From Planctomycetota bacterium (GTDB lineage Bacteria; Planctomycetota; PLA2; JAEUHO01): a stretch of 64,000 nucleotides of DNA. The position numbers and the translations under genes are program-made. This document shows, in pieces, positions 1 to 9,991 of the stretch. Each line of letters opens with the position of its first letter. Positions within the stretch are counted from its first letter, which is position 1. The notes under the pieces are model-generated. The model saw only the letters and a program-made list of their open reading frames with translations, ran no database searches and had not been told where the DNA came from. Location: assembly GCA_965222115.1 (NCBI GenBank), contig CBDCTJ010000005.1, forward strand, positions 32,001-96,000. Reading direction: 5' to 3'.

Positions 1-309
1 ATGCGCCACGAGCGCATTCACGTGGCGGTAGTTCAGAAGGCGGTATGGTTCGCGCGCAAGATGACCTGTATGCCGGAGCGGCAAGCTAGCGCACCCTGCG
101 CCTCACGCACGCGTAACCGCTGAACGGGAATCCACGCCCGGATTCCTCACACGTCGTCGCTCGATCGCCGTAGCGCGCCGCGACTGACGTCTCTCCATCG
201 CACGCCCTTCGCTGTCTGGCCGTGCATCCACTTGAAGCCATGAACGCCATGGTCGTAGGAGCGGTACATCCATCCGCGACCGTCAACAGAGATCAAAGGG
301 ATTTCTGCG

Positions 310-1794
310 ATGACCAGAGTCAAGACCAGGAACGCGAGAAACAAGAAAACACGAGTTCGCAAGAAGAAGACCAAGAAGCTCGACGCTCGACTTCGATTTC
401 ATCTCTATCAGATGGGGATGCAGTCCGTCGGCGCGTATCTAGGGTGGTGCCGCCTGCATGGATTCAAGATCGGTTTCGCCAAGAGCGATCGCGATCTTGA
501 GCGAGAACTCGATGCGCATCGACGCCAGACGGCAATGAACGCCATGCGAGAAGCGCGGCGACGCCGGGATCCGATCGATGTGATCTTGCGCGTGATTCGT
601 GGCGAGTATCGCGCCGCAACCATTGCCAACCGCAATCTACAGTACGTGGCCGCTCAGTTTGAATTTGCCGGCGTCACGAGCAAGCACCGAAAGGAGATTG
701 CGTCGCTGGTAGAGGTGGTTGGCCGACGTTCACGCATCTTGCTCGAATCGATGCGCAGCGACGTTGAGACGTTTCATTACGTGAATGGTGTCGTGAAACT
801 GTTGGAAGCGCGCCCCCACTGGGTACGCCCGGTGGAGACGTTTCGCCCGCGATCGCGCAATCGCCAGCGACAGTTTGCGCAGCTTGCGCGTCACCTACTT
901 GCGCACTACCACGTACCCGCCTTCTTGGATATGGCATGGCTGCGTCAGGATGACACCGGCCACCGAGGACGCGAGTGGTTCCGCCACGTGGGGCAAGGAC
1001 ACAATATTCGAACGGCGCGCGTGCCCATCGACATGACGAAGCGGCTCGCCCACGTTTGGATGCAGGTCCCCCACAATGTTTCGATCGAAGACACGTTTCG
1101 TTTTGCGCAGGTGCGCGAACTGGGAGGCAAGAATCGTCTCGCGCGAGCCGTCGTCGCATCGAACATGTGCGACTGCCGAGAGCATCAACTGTTCTGGTTG
1201 TCGGTGATTCGCTTCTTTGTGCGAAACGACGAACTTCCACTCGATGAGGTACCTCGTATCGCGACGTACCTCGAGGCGATGAAATTTGAGACGGTGGACT
1301 GGGTTCACCCTGACGGTCGCATCGAAGTGTGCCCGCCTCCGAAGCCGCAGTTGTCTATGCGTGGTCGTAAACTGGAAACCCTGTTGCGCGATGTCGATCG
1401 CTGGCACCGCACGCCCCTCAAGGACGGGGGAGATCGTCAGTGGCCGGCCTGCGGCATCGCTGGGCATGAAGAGATTCAGGTCCTCGATGCGCATCCAGCG
1501 ACGTGGCGCATTCAAGAGTTGCGTAGCCGTTGGTCCTTGGTCAAAGAAGGTCAAGCCATGCGCCATTGCGTGGCGTCGTATGACGATGGTTGCGAGCGCG
1601 GCCGCTACTCGATCTGGTCGGTGACTCGTGAACGGCGCGGCAAAACGAAGCGTATGCAGACGGTTCAAGTGAACAAGGCGCGGCGCATTGTGGAGTGTCG
1701 TGGTCGTTTGAACGCGGATCCGAACGAGACGGTCAAGGCCGTCATCGGTCGCTGGGCAGCCCGCGAAGGGCTTGAGCTTGGCGTGCTGTCCTGA
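310..1794 (+). CDS. PcfJ-like domain protein
   Basis: C-terminal 'LRSRWSLVKEGQAMRHCVASY...SIWSV...IVECRGRLNADP' matches the PcfJ-family ExxxMxHCVxxY motif; 494-aa ORF. Confidence 0.8.
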   Translation: MTRVKTRNARNKKTRVRKKKTKKLDARLRFHLYQMGMQSVGAYLGWCRLHGFKIGFAKSDRDLERELDAHRRQTAMNAMREARRRRDPIDVILRVIRGEYRAATIANRNLQYVAAQFEFAGVTSKHRKEIASLVEVVGRRSRILLESMRSDVETFHYVNGVVKLLEARPHWVRPVETFRPRSRNRQRQFAQLARHLLAHYHVPAFLDMAWLRQDDTGHRGREWFRHVGQGHNIRTARVPIDMTKRLAHVWMQVPHNVSIEDTFRFAQVRELGGKNRLARAVVASNMCDCREHQLFWLSVIRFFVRNDELPLDEVPRIATYLEAMKFETVDWVHPDGRIEVCPPPKPQLSMRGRKLETLLRDVDRWHRTPLKDGGDRQWPACGIAGHEEIQVLDAHPATWRIQELRSRWSLVKEGQAMRHCVASYDDGCERGRYSIWSVTRERRGKTKRMQTVQVNKARRIVECRGRLNADPNETVKAVIGRWAAREGLELGVLS

Positions 1795-1831
1795 CAGAGT
1801 GTGTGGCTTGCACTGAAACGTTGGAGCACGC

Positions 1832-2707
1832 ATGAGCGACGCCCTGCCGAATATTACCTCCCTGTGGAACTTTCAAGATCCGGCAGCGTCCGAGCGCAGC
1901 TTTCGTGAGCTGCTCACCAAAGCACGTGACGCGGATGATACCGACTATACCGTGCAAGTATTGACGCAGCTTGCCCGCAGCCGCGGCTTGCAGCGCGAGT
2001 TTGACGACGCACACAAGATTCTTGACGAAGCGGCGTCGGCCCTCGACGACACCTGTCGCGTGGGCCGACTGCGCCTTTCGCTCGAACGCGGTCGCACGTT
2101 TAACTCCTCGGGCAAGAAGAAGGAAGCCTTCACGCAATTTCTGCGCGCCTTCGTTCAAGGCCATCGCATGGGGGAAGAAAATCTCACAGTCGATGCCGTG
2201 CACATGCTCGCCATTGTGGCGGAGGGCGATGAGTCGGTGCTGTGGAACGAACTCGCCATCGATCTCGCCGAACGCGCGAACGATTCGAACGCCAAGCGCT
2301 GGTTGGGCGCGCTTTACAACAACATTGGATGGTCCTACCACGATCGCGATGACTTTGAAGACGCTCTCGACGCGTGGACAAAAGCCGAGGCGTGGCACAT
2401 GGAACACGGAAAGATCCACACGCAACGCATCGCCAAATGGGCGGTGGGTCGCGGCCTGCGCTCCTTAGGTCGTCATGATGAAGCGCTCGCCAAGCAACGT
2501 GCATTGCTCGAAGAATACGAATCCACTGGAGATGAAGAAGCGGGCTTCACGCGCGAAGAAATCGCCGAAAACCTGCTTGCGCTGGGTAAGGGCGAAGAAG
2601 CCAAGCCGTTTTTTACTGGTGCCTACGAGCGACTGAAGGACAACAAGTGGGTGGCTAACGATGAACCCGAGCGTCTGGAACGGTTGCGCAAGCTCGGGGG
2701 TCGCTAG
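1832..2707 (+). CDS. Tetratricopeptide repeat protein
   Basis: Helical TPR-like repeats ('WLGALYNNIGWSYHD', 'WAVGRGLRSLGRHDEAL'); GGAG RBS upstream. Confidence 0.75.
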   Translation: MSDALPNITSLWNFQDPAASERSFRELLTKARDADDTDYTVQVLTQLARSRGLQREFDDAHKILDEAASALDDTCRVGRLRLSLERGRTFNSSGKKKEAFTQFLRAFVQGHRMGEENLTVDAVHMLAIVAEGDESVLWNELAIDLAERANDSNAKRWLGALYNNIGWSYHDRDDFEDALDAWTKAEAWHMEHGKIHTQRIAKWAVGRGLRSLGRHDEALAKQRALLEEYESTGDEEAGFTREEIAENLLALGKGEEAKPFFTGAYERLKDNKWVANDEPERLERLRKLGGR

Positions 2708-2771
2708 TACGCCCTAAAAGAGGAAAACTAGAAGGGGTGTTACCTTTCTCGTGCTCGCGCGACGTAGGGGT

Positions 2772-3782
2772 ATGAGAACCCAAGCCCCCCCACGTGTGCG
2801 AGGACGAGCTCTCTGCTTAGTTCTACTCCTCGCCTTTGTTCCGTCTCCTCCCGATTCCTCCTGGGCCTGCCCTGGCAATCCCCCACCCGGCATCCCCATT
2901 ACCGATCAAGGTGCGGGCGCACTCGGCGTATGCCTGTGCAAACTCATTGATTGTGCTGAAGGTATCCTTCCCGCAGATATGGTCCAAGCGGCGAAAGACG
3001 CCAAAGCCGCAGGCTGCGTCCGTATAGGCGACACGGCAGACATCGCCGAGGCGATCCGCCTCGATCGCGTTCAAGAGTGCATTAACGACCAAATAAAGAA
3101 ATCGATGGACACAACGGCCTATCTAGCGCTCGTCGCGAAGTGCGAGAAAGAGACCAAGGCGCCCAACGCGACCGGCACTGTTGCAGTCGCCGCGCATACG
3201 AGCCTCTGCATCATGTTCAACAAGGACAAGATCAAGCATCCCGATCCCACAAAGCCCCCGGGAACCAAGAAGGGAATTGTCTTCGAAGAGATTATCCACA
3301 TCGCCAATGACCACGTCCCGCAGCACATCATCCCCTCGCCGCAAGGTAGTAGTGCAGATGTTTATAACGTGCGGGCAATGCGAGAACATTACAAGGAAAT
3401 CCGCGCCGCGAGCAGACTGATCGCCGTGTGGAAGAAATACTTCCCCAAGCAAATCGTTCATCTACAGACATTGTTTGCTAACTTAGACCACCATGTGGAC
3501 TATTTTTGCAAGGTATTCGACGCCTTGAACTGGAGCAATGGCAGCGGCGTCTCGTCGTCGGACAGCGCGCTCCTAGCCGACATGAATCGCTACCTGGCCT
3601 GCAAGCACAGCGCATGGTGCGAGCTGCTCGACGCCATTGATCAAGGGGACTATCACGCAAAGTCCCCAAATGGTAGAATGCCGCATCAAACCGGCTACAA
3701 TCCCGAACCGCGCTCTGGCGACGCAATTGACAAGGCACTGTGGGTCAAGAAGATGGAGGGACTAGGCTATGATGTTCAATAA
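2772..3782 (+). CDS. Exported Cys-rich hypothetical protein with a zincin-like EExxH motif
   Basis: Hydrophobic signal 'ALCLVLLLAFVP', many Cys, 'IVFEEIIHIAND...KEIRA'; ATG 2772 chosen within ORF 2751..3782. Confidence 0.55.
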   Translation: MRTQAPPRVRGRALCLVLLLAFVPSPPDSSWACPGNPPPGIPITDQGAGALGVCLCKLIDCAEGILPADMVQAAKDAKAAGCVRIGDTADIAEAIRLDRVQECINDQIKKSMDTTAYLALVAKCEKETKAPNATGTVAVAAHTSLCIMFNKDKIKHPDPTKPPGTKKGIVFEEIIHIANDHVPQHIIPSPQGSSADVYNVRAMREHYKEIRAASRLIAVWKKYFPKQIVHLQTLFANLDHHVDYFCKVFDALNWSNGSGVSSSDSALLADMNRYLACKHSAWCELLDAIDQGDYHAKSPNGRMPHQTGYNPEPRSGDAIDKALWVKKMEGLGYDVQ

Positions 3783-5124
3783 TGTTACGAGCAAAAACAC
3801 CGAACCCATGAAACGATGCAATCGAAACGGCATACACACGATGATCGCCGTTGCCGCCACAATCCTCCTTGCGGCGTGTGGGCGAACAGAAGCAAGCGAG
3901 AAGCAACAAACGTTGAATAATTCAAGCCCTGTGGTGAATACCATCGTGCCCAATACCTCATCAGACGTCAGTTTCGGCGATGGATTTTGCCACGCGAAGG
4001 CAGGTCGAAAACACGTCGCCATCGATTCTCACAAATTGAAGTACGGCATTGGCTCGTTTTTTCCGGGTGGCACGGTCATGGGCGTTGGGATCGCGCGGAA
4101 AGATGGGAAGGAGTACCTACTCGTTGCCACACGTGCCAACGCAACGAGCGGGTGCACCATTAGGTGCTATTACGACAAGAACGGCGACGACGTGCCGGAC
4201 GCCTCCACGGGGCGCACGCTCGTTTCGACTGGAAGTCAACCCTGCTACATCACGTCTATGGATGTAAACGACGACTTCTCGAAGTTGTTCATGCTTGATC
4301 GACGTTGTCAAGACGTGTTGTACGCCACGGATACGGATGGAAACGGCTGGCCGGACACCATGGCGACATCGCCGTGCGCACGCTCCGCCGACTTCCCTAA
4401 CTTAAAGCGCGCTGGCTTCATTCGCGCCTCCGGAACCAAGGATGTTGATCTTGAGTGCCTGCCCGTGTCCGATCACGCCCGCAACCGCCTCCGTCGTGTT
4501 GACCCCCTTTGTCGAATCGAACTTCGAGGCGGCGTGGCCACGGATGTGACGCCACCCCGACGCCCTTACTGGTCCGTGAGCATCAATTGGCCGGTGATTG
4601 AAGGCGACACCGAGGTCTTTGTGAGTGGCGGCTGCGCGGAAGAAGGCACAGAGGTCGAAATTTGGACGTTGGACGGCGGGGGGAACCTCCTCACGCGACT
4701 TGGCACGGCCCCTATGCCCACCGACGGGTCGAAGGTTGTCGTCCCCCTCCGTGCAGCGCTCACGCGAGGTACACGGCTCCGCGCCAAGTACAAGCAACGG
4801 CGCCGACCCATCGGTGAGATGATCGTGAAGGCAGATGTACCGCATGTGATGCGGTTTAAGCCCAGTCGCATAAAGAGAACGACGTCTGAAACCACCGTGC
4901 AGGTGTTCGGAAGGGCGTTTACACCTTCGACGCAGATCCAAATGCGAAAGTCGGGCAAAAATAAGCCCTGGACAAACGTGCCGTCGGCCTACCTATCCGA
5001 TGGTGAGATGTCATTTACGTTACCGCCTATGGCCGACGAAGCCTGGGTGTTTATCCGTGCCATCAAACCCGGTCAAGACGTTGTAGCCGACAAGCCCACA
5101 TCCCAGTGGCTCCATTTTCGCTAG
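3769..5124 (+). CDS. Lipoprotein with Dx[DN]xDG-like motifs and a C-terminal Ig/IPT-like region
   Basis: Lipobox 'ILLAAC'; 'DKNGDDVPD' and 'DTDGNGWPD'; GGAGG at 3755-3759; overlaps upstream gene by 14 bp. Confidence 0.6.
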   Translation: MMFNNVTSKNTEPMKRCNRNGIHTMIAVAATILLAACGRTEASEKQQTLNNSSPVVNTIVPNTSSDVSFGDGFCHAKAGRKHVAIDSHKLKYGIGSFFPGGTVMGVGIARKDGKEYLLVATRANATSGCTIRCYYDKNGDDVPDASTGRTLVSTGSQPCYITSMDVNDDFSKLFMLDRRCQDVLYATDTDGNGWPDTMATSPCARSADFPNLKRAGFIRASGTKDVDLECLPVSDHARNRLRRVDPLCRIELRGGVATDVTPPRRPYWSVSINWPVIEGDTEVFVSGGCAEEGTEVEIWTLDGGGNLLTRLGTAPMPTDGSKVVVPLRAALTRGTRLRAKYKQRRRPIGEMIVKADVPHVMRFKPSRIKRTTSETTVQVFGRAFTPSTQIQMRKSGKNKPWTNVPSAYLSDGEMSFTLPPMADEAWVFIRAIKPGQDVVADKPTSQWLHFR

Positions 5125-5433
5125 CACCGACGTCTTCAGTTGCGCAAGTCGCTCGTTCGCCATGTGAAGGCACGCGGCCCAGAGGCGATCTTCGCCATCA
5201 ACGGCCTCTGCTAACTTCTTCTTCAAGAGCCTGATACCAGCACGGAGTTCGTCCATCTCACGCATGCGCTCAAACTGCGAATCGCTTTGTTCGCAAGACT
5301 TGCACGCCGCCGCTTGCACGTTCAGGGTCATGGCTCGCTTGCTCTCGACACAGATCGCAGCATCAATCGATTGATCACAGGCGGAAAGTAAGAGGCAGGC
5401 GGCGGCGAACGCCAGTGGAAGTGTGTGTTTCAT
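5020..5433 (-). CDS. Small putative lipoprotein
   Basis: 'MKHTLPLAFAAACLLLSAC' is a canonical lipoprotein signal; CxxC and a helical body; 3' end overlaps the convergent gene by 105 bp. Confidence 0.5.
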   Translation of the reverse strand: MKHTLPLAFAAACLLLSACDQSIDAAICVESKRAMTLNVQAAACKSCEQSDSQFERMREMDELRAGIRLLKKKLAEAVDGEDRLWAACLHMANERLAQLKTSVLAKMEPLGCGLVGYNVLTGFDGTDKHPGFVGHRR

Positions 5434-5628
5434 CAGAAGCTCCATTTCCCCGGATCGAGCGGGCCCGCTGTGGGCTCGCCTCGGTCCAGGAGATAAGGAG
5501 TCAGGTCCCCCCGTAGAATTTCATATTGGCATTTGAGGTCCATTTTCTGGGATATTGGAGGTGGGTCGCATCTACGCGATGCGCCCCCTCGGGGCAGCTC
5601 AGGTGCCTCACTGCGGAGCACAGGCCTC

Positions 5629-6939
5629 ATGAGAACGAACGCGAATCTGAAGTGCGCGCCGAATCGGGGAACACACTTCGTAGGCGTAATGACGCTCAGC
5701 CTTTGTGTGCTGGCGCTGCCGAGTGGCGTTGCGTCGGCTAAGGGCGACACGAAGACGGCGCCCTCGAAGAAGTACATGCTGGGCATTCACGTGAAGCCAG
5801 CCGCGTTCGGTGGCATTCAAATCACCAAGCTGTTCAAGAACAGCCCGTTGCGCTCGCTCACATCGACCGATGGTCGCACGAATGGCAAGACTGCAGTCGG
5901 CGACATTATCATGGCCATCGATGGCGTGCCTCAGAAGTCTCTCAAAGACTATCGAAAGGCAATGAGAGCCGCGGTCGCGAATAAGGGCTGGGTTCGCGTG
6001 AGCATTTTCCATCAAGCCAAGATCAAGGAAATGAACTGGCGCGTCCAAGCCCTGGTTGTCAAACCCAAATCGAACGACAAGCAGCCCACACCAACATCCA
6101 CGCGCCGCGCACACATTATCCTGTGTGGACTCACGGACGACAAATCGATCGGTCCCAAAGTCGAAACCAATTTGCAGAACATGGAACAAGCGATTCGAGA
6201 CGCCACAGCCAAGTTGTTTATCGCATCACTTCAAATAGTCAAAGGCGCCGCGTGTAGCCGTGCGGGGATCAAGAAGGCACTCGCAGAAATCAGGGTAGAG
6301 CCCGACGACGCAGTCTTCTTCTACTACGCAGGCCATGGCGCCTACGACCCGACACGTGCCAAGGATGACCCCTCGGGTGGCCACTTTTTCATCATGCCCA
6401 ACGTAGATCTCATGCGAAAGGAGCTGTGGTCATGGCTATCCGCGCACAATGCACGCCTCACCGTGCTGCTGACTGACACGTGCAGCGTGAAGTCCCAAGC
6501 CCACGTCGTGAATCGACAACGACCCAGCGTATCGTATCACAGAGTGAACAAGTTCATGCCACTCGAACACCTCCTGTTGTTTCGACGAGGTCATGTTGAC
6601 GTGTCCGGCAGTGCGAAAGATCAGTACGGCTGGTACTCGGGCGCAATCGGAGGGTGGTTCACGCACTGCTTGCGCGAAAACTTAAATGGGACAAAGTCAT
6701 GGCGCGCCTTGGTAGCCAATACGGGCAAATCACTCAGCAAGTTCTATAGCGAGCGGCGCAAGCAGCTGCTCGGTCGTGCGGACACCGCCAAGTCCATGCG
6801 CACATTACTCGAACGCCAATCCACCCAACAACCCCACGTGTTTCGTATGAAAGTCTTCAATGACGAGATTCCCGACGCCGTGCCGCCACCCACACGAACG
6901 GTACGCCGCGAATTTCGATCGTATGAGTGGCGACGTTAG
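5629..6939 (+). CDS. Exported PDZ + caspase-like (peptidase C14) protein
   Basis: Signal-like 'TLSLCVLALPSGVASA'; PDZ 'LGIHV...GDIIMAIDG'; catalytic 'FFYYAGHG' and 'LLTDTC'; GGAG before ATG 5629. Confidence 0.8.
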   Translation: MRTNANLKCAPNRGTHFVGVMTLSLCVLALPSGVASAKGDTKTAPSKKYMLGIHVKPAAFGGIQITKLFKNSPLRSLTSTDGRTNGKTAVGDIIMAIDGVPQKSLKDYRKAMRAAVANKGWVRVSIFHQAKIKEMNWRVQALVVKPKSNDKQPTPTSTRRAHIILCGLTDDKSIGPKVETNLQNMEQAIRDATAKLFIASLQIVKGAACSRAGIKKALAEIRVEPDDAVFFYYAGHGAYDPTRAKDDPSGGHFFIMPNVDLMRKELWSWLSAHNARLTVLLTDTCSVKSQAHVVNRQRPSVSYHRVNKFMPLEHLLLFRRGHVDVSGSAKDQYGWYSGAIGGWFTHCLRENLNGTKSWRALVANTGKSLSKFYSERRKQLLGRADTAKSMRTLLERQSTQQPHVFRMKVFNDEIPDAVPPPTRTVRREFRSYEWRR

Positions 6940-6970
6940 CCCCTTGGATTTGGCGCGCAGGAGCAAAGGT

Positions 6971-7000
6971 TGCGCCCCTCCAGTTGCCTGGAGGAGCGCA
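6971..7000. terminator. GC-rich hairpin between convergent genes (terminator or REP-like)
   Basis: TGCGC-C-CCTCCAG/TTGC/CTGGAGG-A-GCGCA, a 12-bp stem with one mismatch; no clear U-tract. Confidence 0.4.
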
Positions 7001-7229
7001 CGTCGTATCGACGATATGGCCCCACACAAGAGCCCCAGCGCCGGCTCAGCCCTGAAATCGAGCATTGACGACATAGGTACTGAAAGACGTTTGGTTTCGG
7101 TTTTGCACGGATTCGGAAGCACATGCTGGGATTCGACGGAGCTACTGTTCGATCCGCGGATGCGCCTCCACAGATAGAGACGCATTCAGCCTGCTCAACG
7201 CATCAAAAAAAGTCATGAGAACACGGCGC

Positions 7230-8840
7230 CTAGCCCGATGACACGCCCTCCTTCTCCGTGCTCGGCTTGGGCTTTGCTTGTGGGTCGCCTTTCTTGTCGG
7301 TTTCACTCGAGGCCTCCACCCAGGGTATCCACCCCTCGTGAGGTATTCGCCGGTAGCCCAGTGCGTCCAGGAGTTCGTCTGCATCCAGATTTTTGGGGAC
7401 AACGCGCTCAATCACTTCGCGCGTCGCATTGAGCGAGTGAGACAACTTCACGGAAGTCTCACCGAGGTCATTTCGCCACATCGACTCAACAAAAATGCTC
7501 GCGCCTTGGGCATCTGGCAAAACTTTTAGAAGGCGCTGCATTCGCGCCAACGCGAACGAAGACAGTGCCTCGCGAGCTTGCCCCACATCCACGGACGGGT
7601 TGACACCCACGGTCAATATAACCCGCTTGTTTCGGACATAGGCGTCCCGGGGCCGAAGCGGTACGTTTTCAGGCCATTGAGCCCGTGCAGCCAGTGCCTC
7701 CTTGTCGGAGAGTTCGGTCGCTGCGAAGTACGGGCTGGGCGGCACCTGTATCCAATTGGTATGTGCGTGAGCTCTCCTGCCCAATACAGACATGATCTCC
7801 GAATCACTCAATGCATCGGGCCGCAACCGTTCAAATCGCATGCGGTCCACATGAAACGTCGCCCGGATTCTCCGATCGACCTCACCCAGCTCATTACGCC
7901 AGTGGCCCACCTCAACAATGGTTGCACGTTTCCATTTTCGGCTGCTTCGAAAGATCCTAGAGAACAGATCTAGAAATACTCTTGGCGTATCGGTACGGAG
8001 TTCGATCCCCTCCTTGCCTCTCCCGATCGCTGTATACCTCCCGGAATGACGGGCAATCGTAAGCACCGCTTCATCCTTCTTGCGATGCAGGTGCTGCCCT
8101 ACATAGTCCGACGCGGCGCCCCAGTTATTGAGCAACGCGTCTAGTGCCTTCGTCCCTTGCGACCGAGCACCACTGTACGGCTCAAGGTCGCCTCGCGCAG
8201 GCCAAGTTCCATCAACGTTTTGACAATAAACGAACCACTTACCCGGACGCCCTGGTTTCTCCGAACGCCAAACCCACCGGGTCTCTTCCGGCGCGCGGGG
8301 ATTGCGCCTAGCCTTATCGACCCACGCGCGCGTTACGCCGTGTGTTGCATCCGCTAGCCTCGCATCGACGAGTTTGTACTTGTCTCGAATCGCGTCTACC
8401 CCACGATAGCTCGCATTGGACACGTAGCCAGTGCCTTGGTGCCGCCACACCGCATTTAGTTCGTCCAGGATTCCAGGTTGTGATTGAAAGTCCGGTGAAT
8501 ACGAAGAGTAATAGACGCGAAGAAACATCTTGCCATCGACCCTGCGCTTGCCACCCTTGCACGAAGGACACGTCTTCTGTCTACCCGGCGTGCGCCCACC
8601 TCGCATCCTCACTTCGCCAACTCCACGGCAATGAGGACAGGGGACGATTACACGCGCGCGATCTCTCATCCACTCCTTGGCGCGGCGTTCGAGTGCCGCG
8701 CGACGCGCACGGCGCGCCGAGTCATTGAGCGACGGCACGCCTGCCCTTGATGGCACAACGAAGTCTGGGAACGTGATTCCAATGAAGCCGATCATGAGCG
8801 TATAGATTGTGCGACGCACGTCTTTCTCCCAACGAGGCAT
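7230..8840 (-). CDS. Hypothetical protein with a DnaJ-type zinc-finger pair and a duplicated C-terminal domain
   Basis: 'CPHCRGVG' and 'CPSCKGGK'; repeat 'WRNELGE' / 'WRNDLGE' 141 aa apart. Confidence 0.6.
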   Translation of the reverse strand: MPRWEKDVRRTIYTLMIGFIGITFPDFVVPSRAGVPSLNDSARRARRAALERRAKEWMRDRARVIVPCPHCRGVGEVRMRGGRTPGRQKTCPSCKGGKRRVDGKMFLRVYYSSYSPDFQSQPGILDELNAVWRHQGTGYVSNASYRGVDAIRDKYKLVDARLADATHGVTRAWVDKARRNPRAPEETRWVWRSEKPGRPGKWFVYCQNVDGTWPARGDLEPYSGARSQGTKALDALLNNWGAASDYVGQHLHRKKDEAVLTIARHSGRYTAIGRGKEGIELRTDTPRVFLDLFSRIFRSSRKWKRATIVEVGHWRNELGEVDRRIRATFHVDRMRFERLRPDALSDSEIMSVLGRRAHAHTNWIQVPPSPYFAATELSDKEALAARAQWPENVPLRPRDAYVRNKRVILTVGVNPSVDVGQAREALSSFALARMQRLLKVLPDAQGASIFVESMWRNDLGETSVKLSHSLNATREVIERVVPKNLDADELLDALGYRRIPHEGWIPWVEASSETDKKGDPQAKPKPSTEKEGVSSG

Positions 8841-8949
8841 ATCCCCTCGTCATGTCAGAAGCATACGGTATCTTCGGCAGTAGTCGAATACGTCAGCACA
8901 CTCGTATCACTGGCGACGAAAGCGTTTCGTCTCGCCGTAGGATGAGCGC

Positions 8950-9987
8950 ATGGCCCTCCGCATCGTTGAAATCGTCTTGCCGATTGGGAAATTCGATGCA
9001 CTAAAGGGGGTCTTCACGTCCGACTCGATTCATGGCGGGCCGTGGCAATGGGATCTGAATGGCGACACGCGGATGTTGCGCGTTGTTATCGACGCACAAG
9101 ACAGCGGGCGGATGGTGGACGCGATAGAGCATCGCTGCAGAGACATTCCCGAGTTTCATCTCGTAATCCACGGCGCCGACGCCATGCTGCCTCGACCCAA
9201 AGAGCGGGAACCGGATCCCACGCCCGATAAAGACGAAGCGCCGAGTTTGTCGCGCTTGATCTTTGGAAAACATCGCAAGGGGAGAAGTCGCGAAGAACTC
9301 TACGCCGAAGCGCACGATGTCTCGGCGGCGTCGCGCATCTACTTCGTCACGGTGGTGCTCTCCACGGTGGTGGCCGCTGTGGGTCTAGTAAAGTCAAGCC
9401 CCGCGGTGGTCGTTGGCGCCATGGTGATTGCACCGTTGCTAGGTCCCATCATGGGCATTGGGCTCGCCGCAACACTGGCCGATGCCAAGCTGTTTCGACG
9501 CGCCATAACAAGTGGAGCGCTGGGCGTACTTTTGGCCCTCGCCATTTCGTATGCCTTGGGTGCCGTTTGGCCGAACGCCTTTACGACTTTTGAAGTCTAT
9601 AGCCGAACCGAGGTGGATCTCTCGGATGTGTTCTTAGCGCTCGCGGCCGGTGCAGCAGGAACGCTGGCACTTACGACGGGTGTACACGCCGGACTCGTCG
9701 GTGTCATGGTTGCCGTCGCGCTACTTCCACCAACAGTGGTTGCCGGAGCCATGTTTGGTGCAGACGAAGTAGAGAAAGGACTCCAAGCTTCCCTACTCTT
9801 GGCTACCAACGTCACCGGCATCATCCTTGCCGCCGTTGTCACCTTTCGACTTCAGGGCGTGCGACCAAGTACGTGGTGGGAGTCACAACGCGCGAAACGC
9901 GCGTCTATCTGGTCACTGGTCGTTTTGGTACTCTTACTTGCTGCGATTGCTGCGGCACTGATCTTGGCGGATCGCGCCGACGTGTAG
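8950..9987 (+). CDS. TIGR00341/DUF389 family membrane protein
   Basis: 'SSPAVVVGAMVIAPLLGPI' and 'LVGVMVAVALLPP', multiple TM helices. Confidence 0.85.
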   Translation: MALRIVEIVLPIGKFDALKGVFTSDSIHGGPWQWDLNGDTRMLRVVIDAQDSGRMVDAIEHRCRDIPEFHLVIHGADAMLPRPKEREPDPTPDKDEAPSLSRLIFGKHRKGRSREELYAEAHDVSAASRIYFVTVVLSTVVAAVGLVKSSPAVVVGAMVIAPLLGPIMGIGLAATLADAKLFRRAITSGALGVLLALAISYALGAVWPNAFTTFEVYSRTEVDLSDVFLALAAGAAGTLALTTGVHAGLVGVMVAVALLPPTVVAGAMFGADEVEKGLQASLLLATNVTGIILAAVVTFRLQGVRPSTWWESQRAKRASIWSLVVLVLLLAAIAAALILADRADV

Positions 9988-9991
9988 CTCG

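Noticed and set aside
7129-7171. tmRNA-like words GGATTCGACGG and GTTCGATCC...CGCCTCCAC
   Set aside because: They lie within ~45 nt of each other, with no acceptor stem, T-stem or tag ORF; not supportable as tmRNA or an att site
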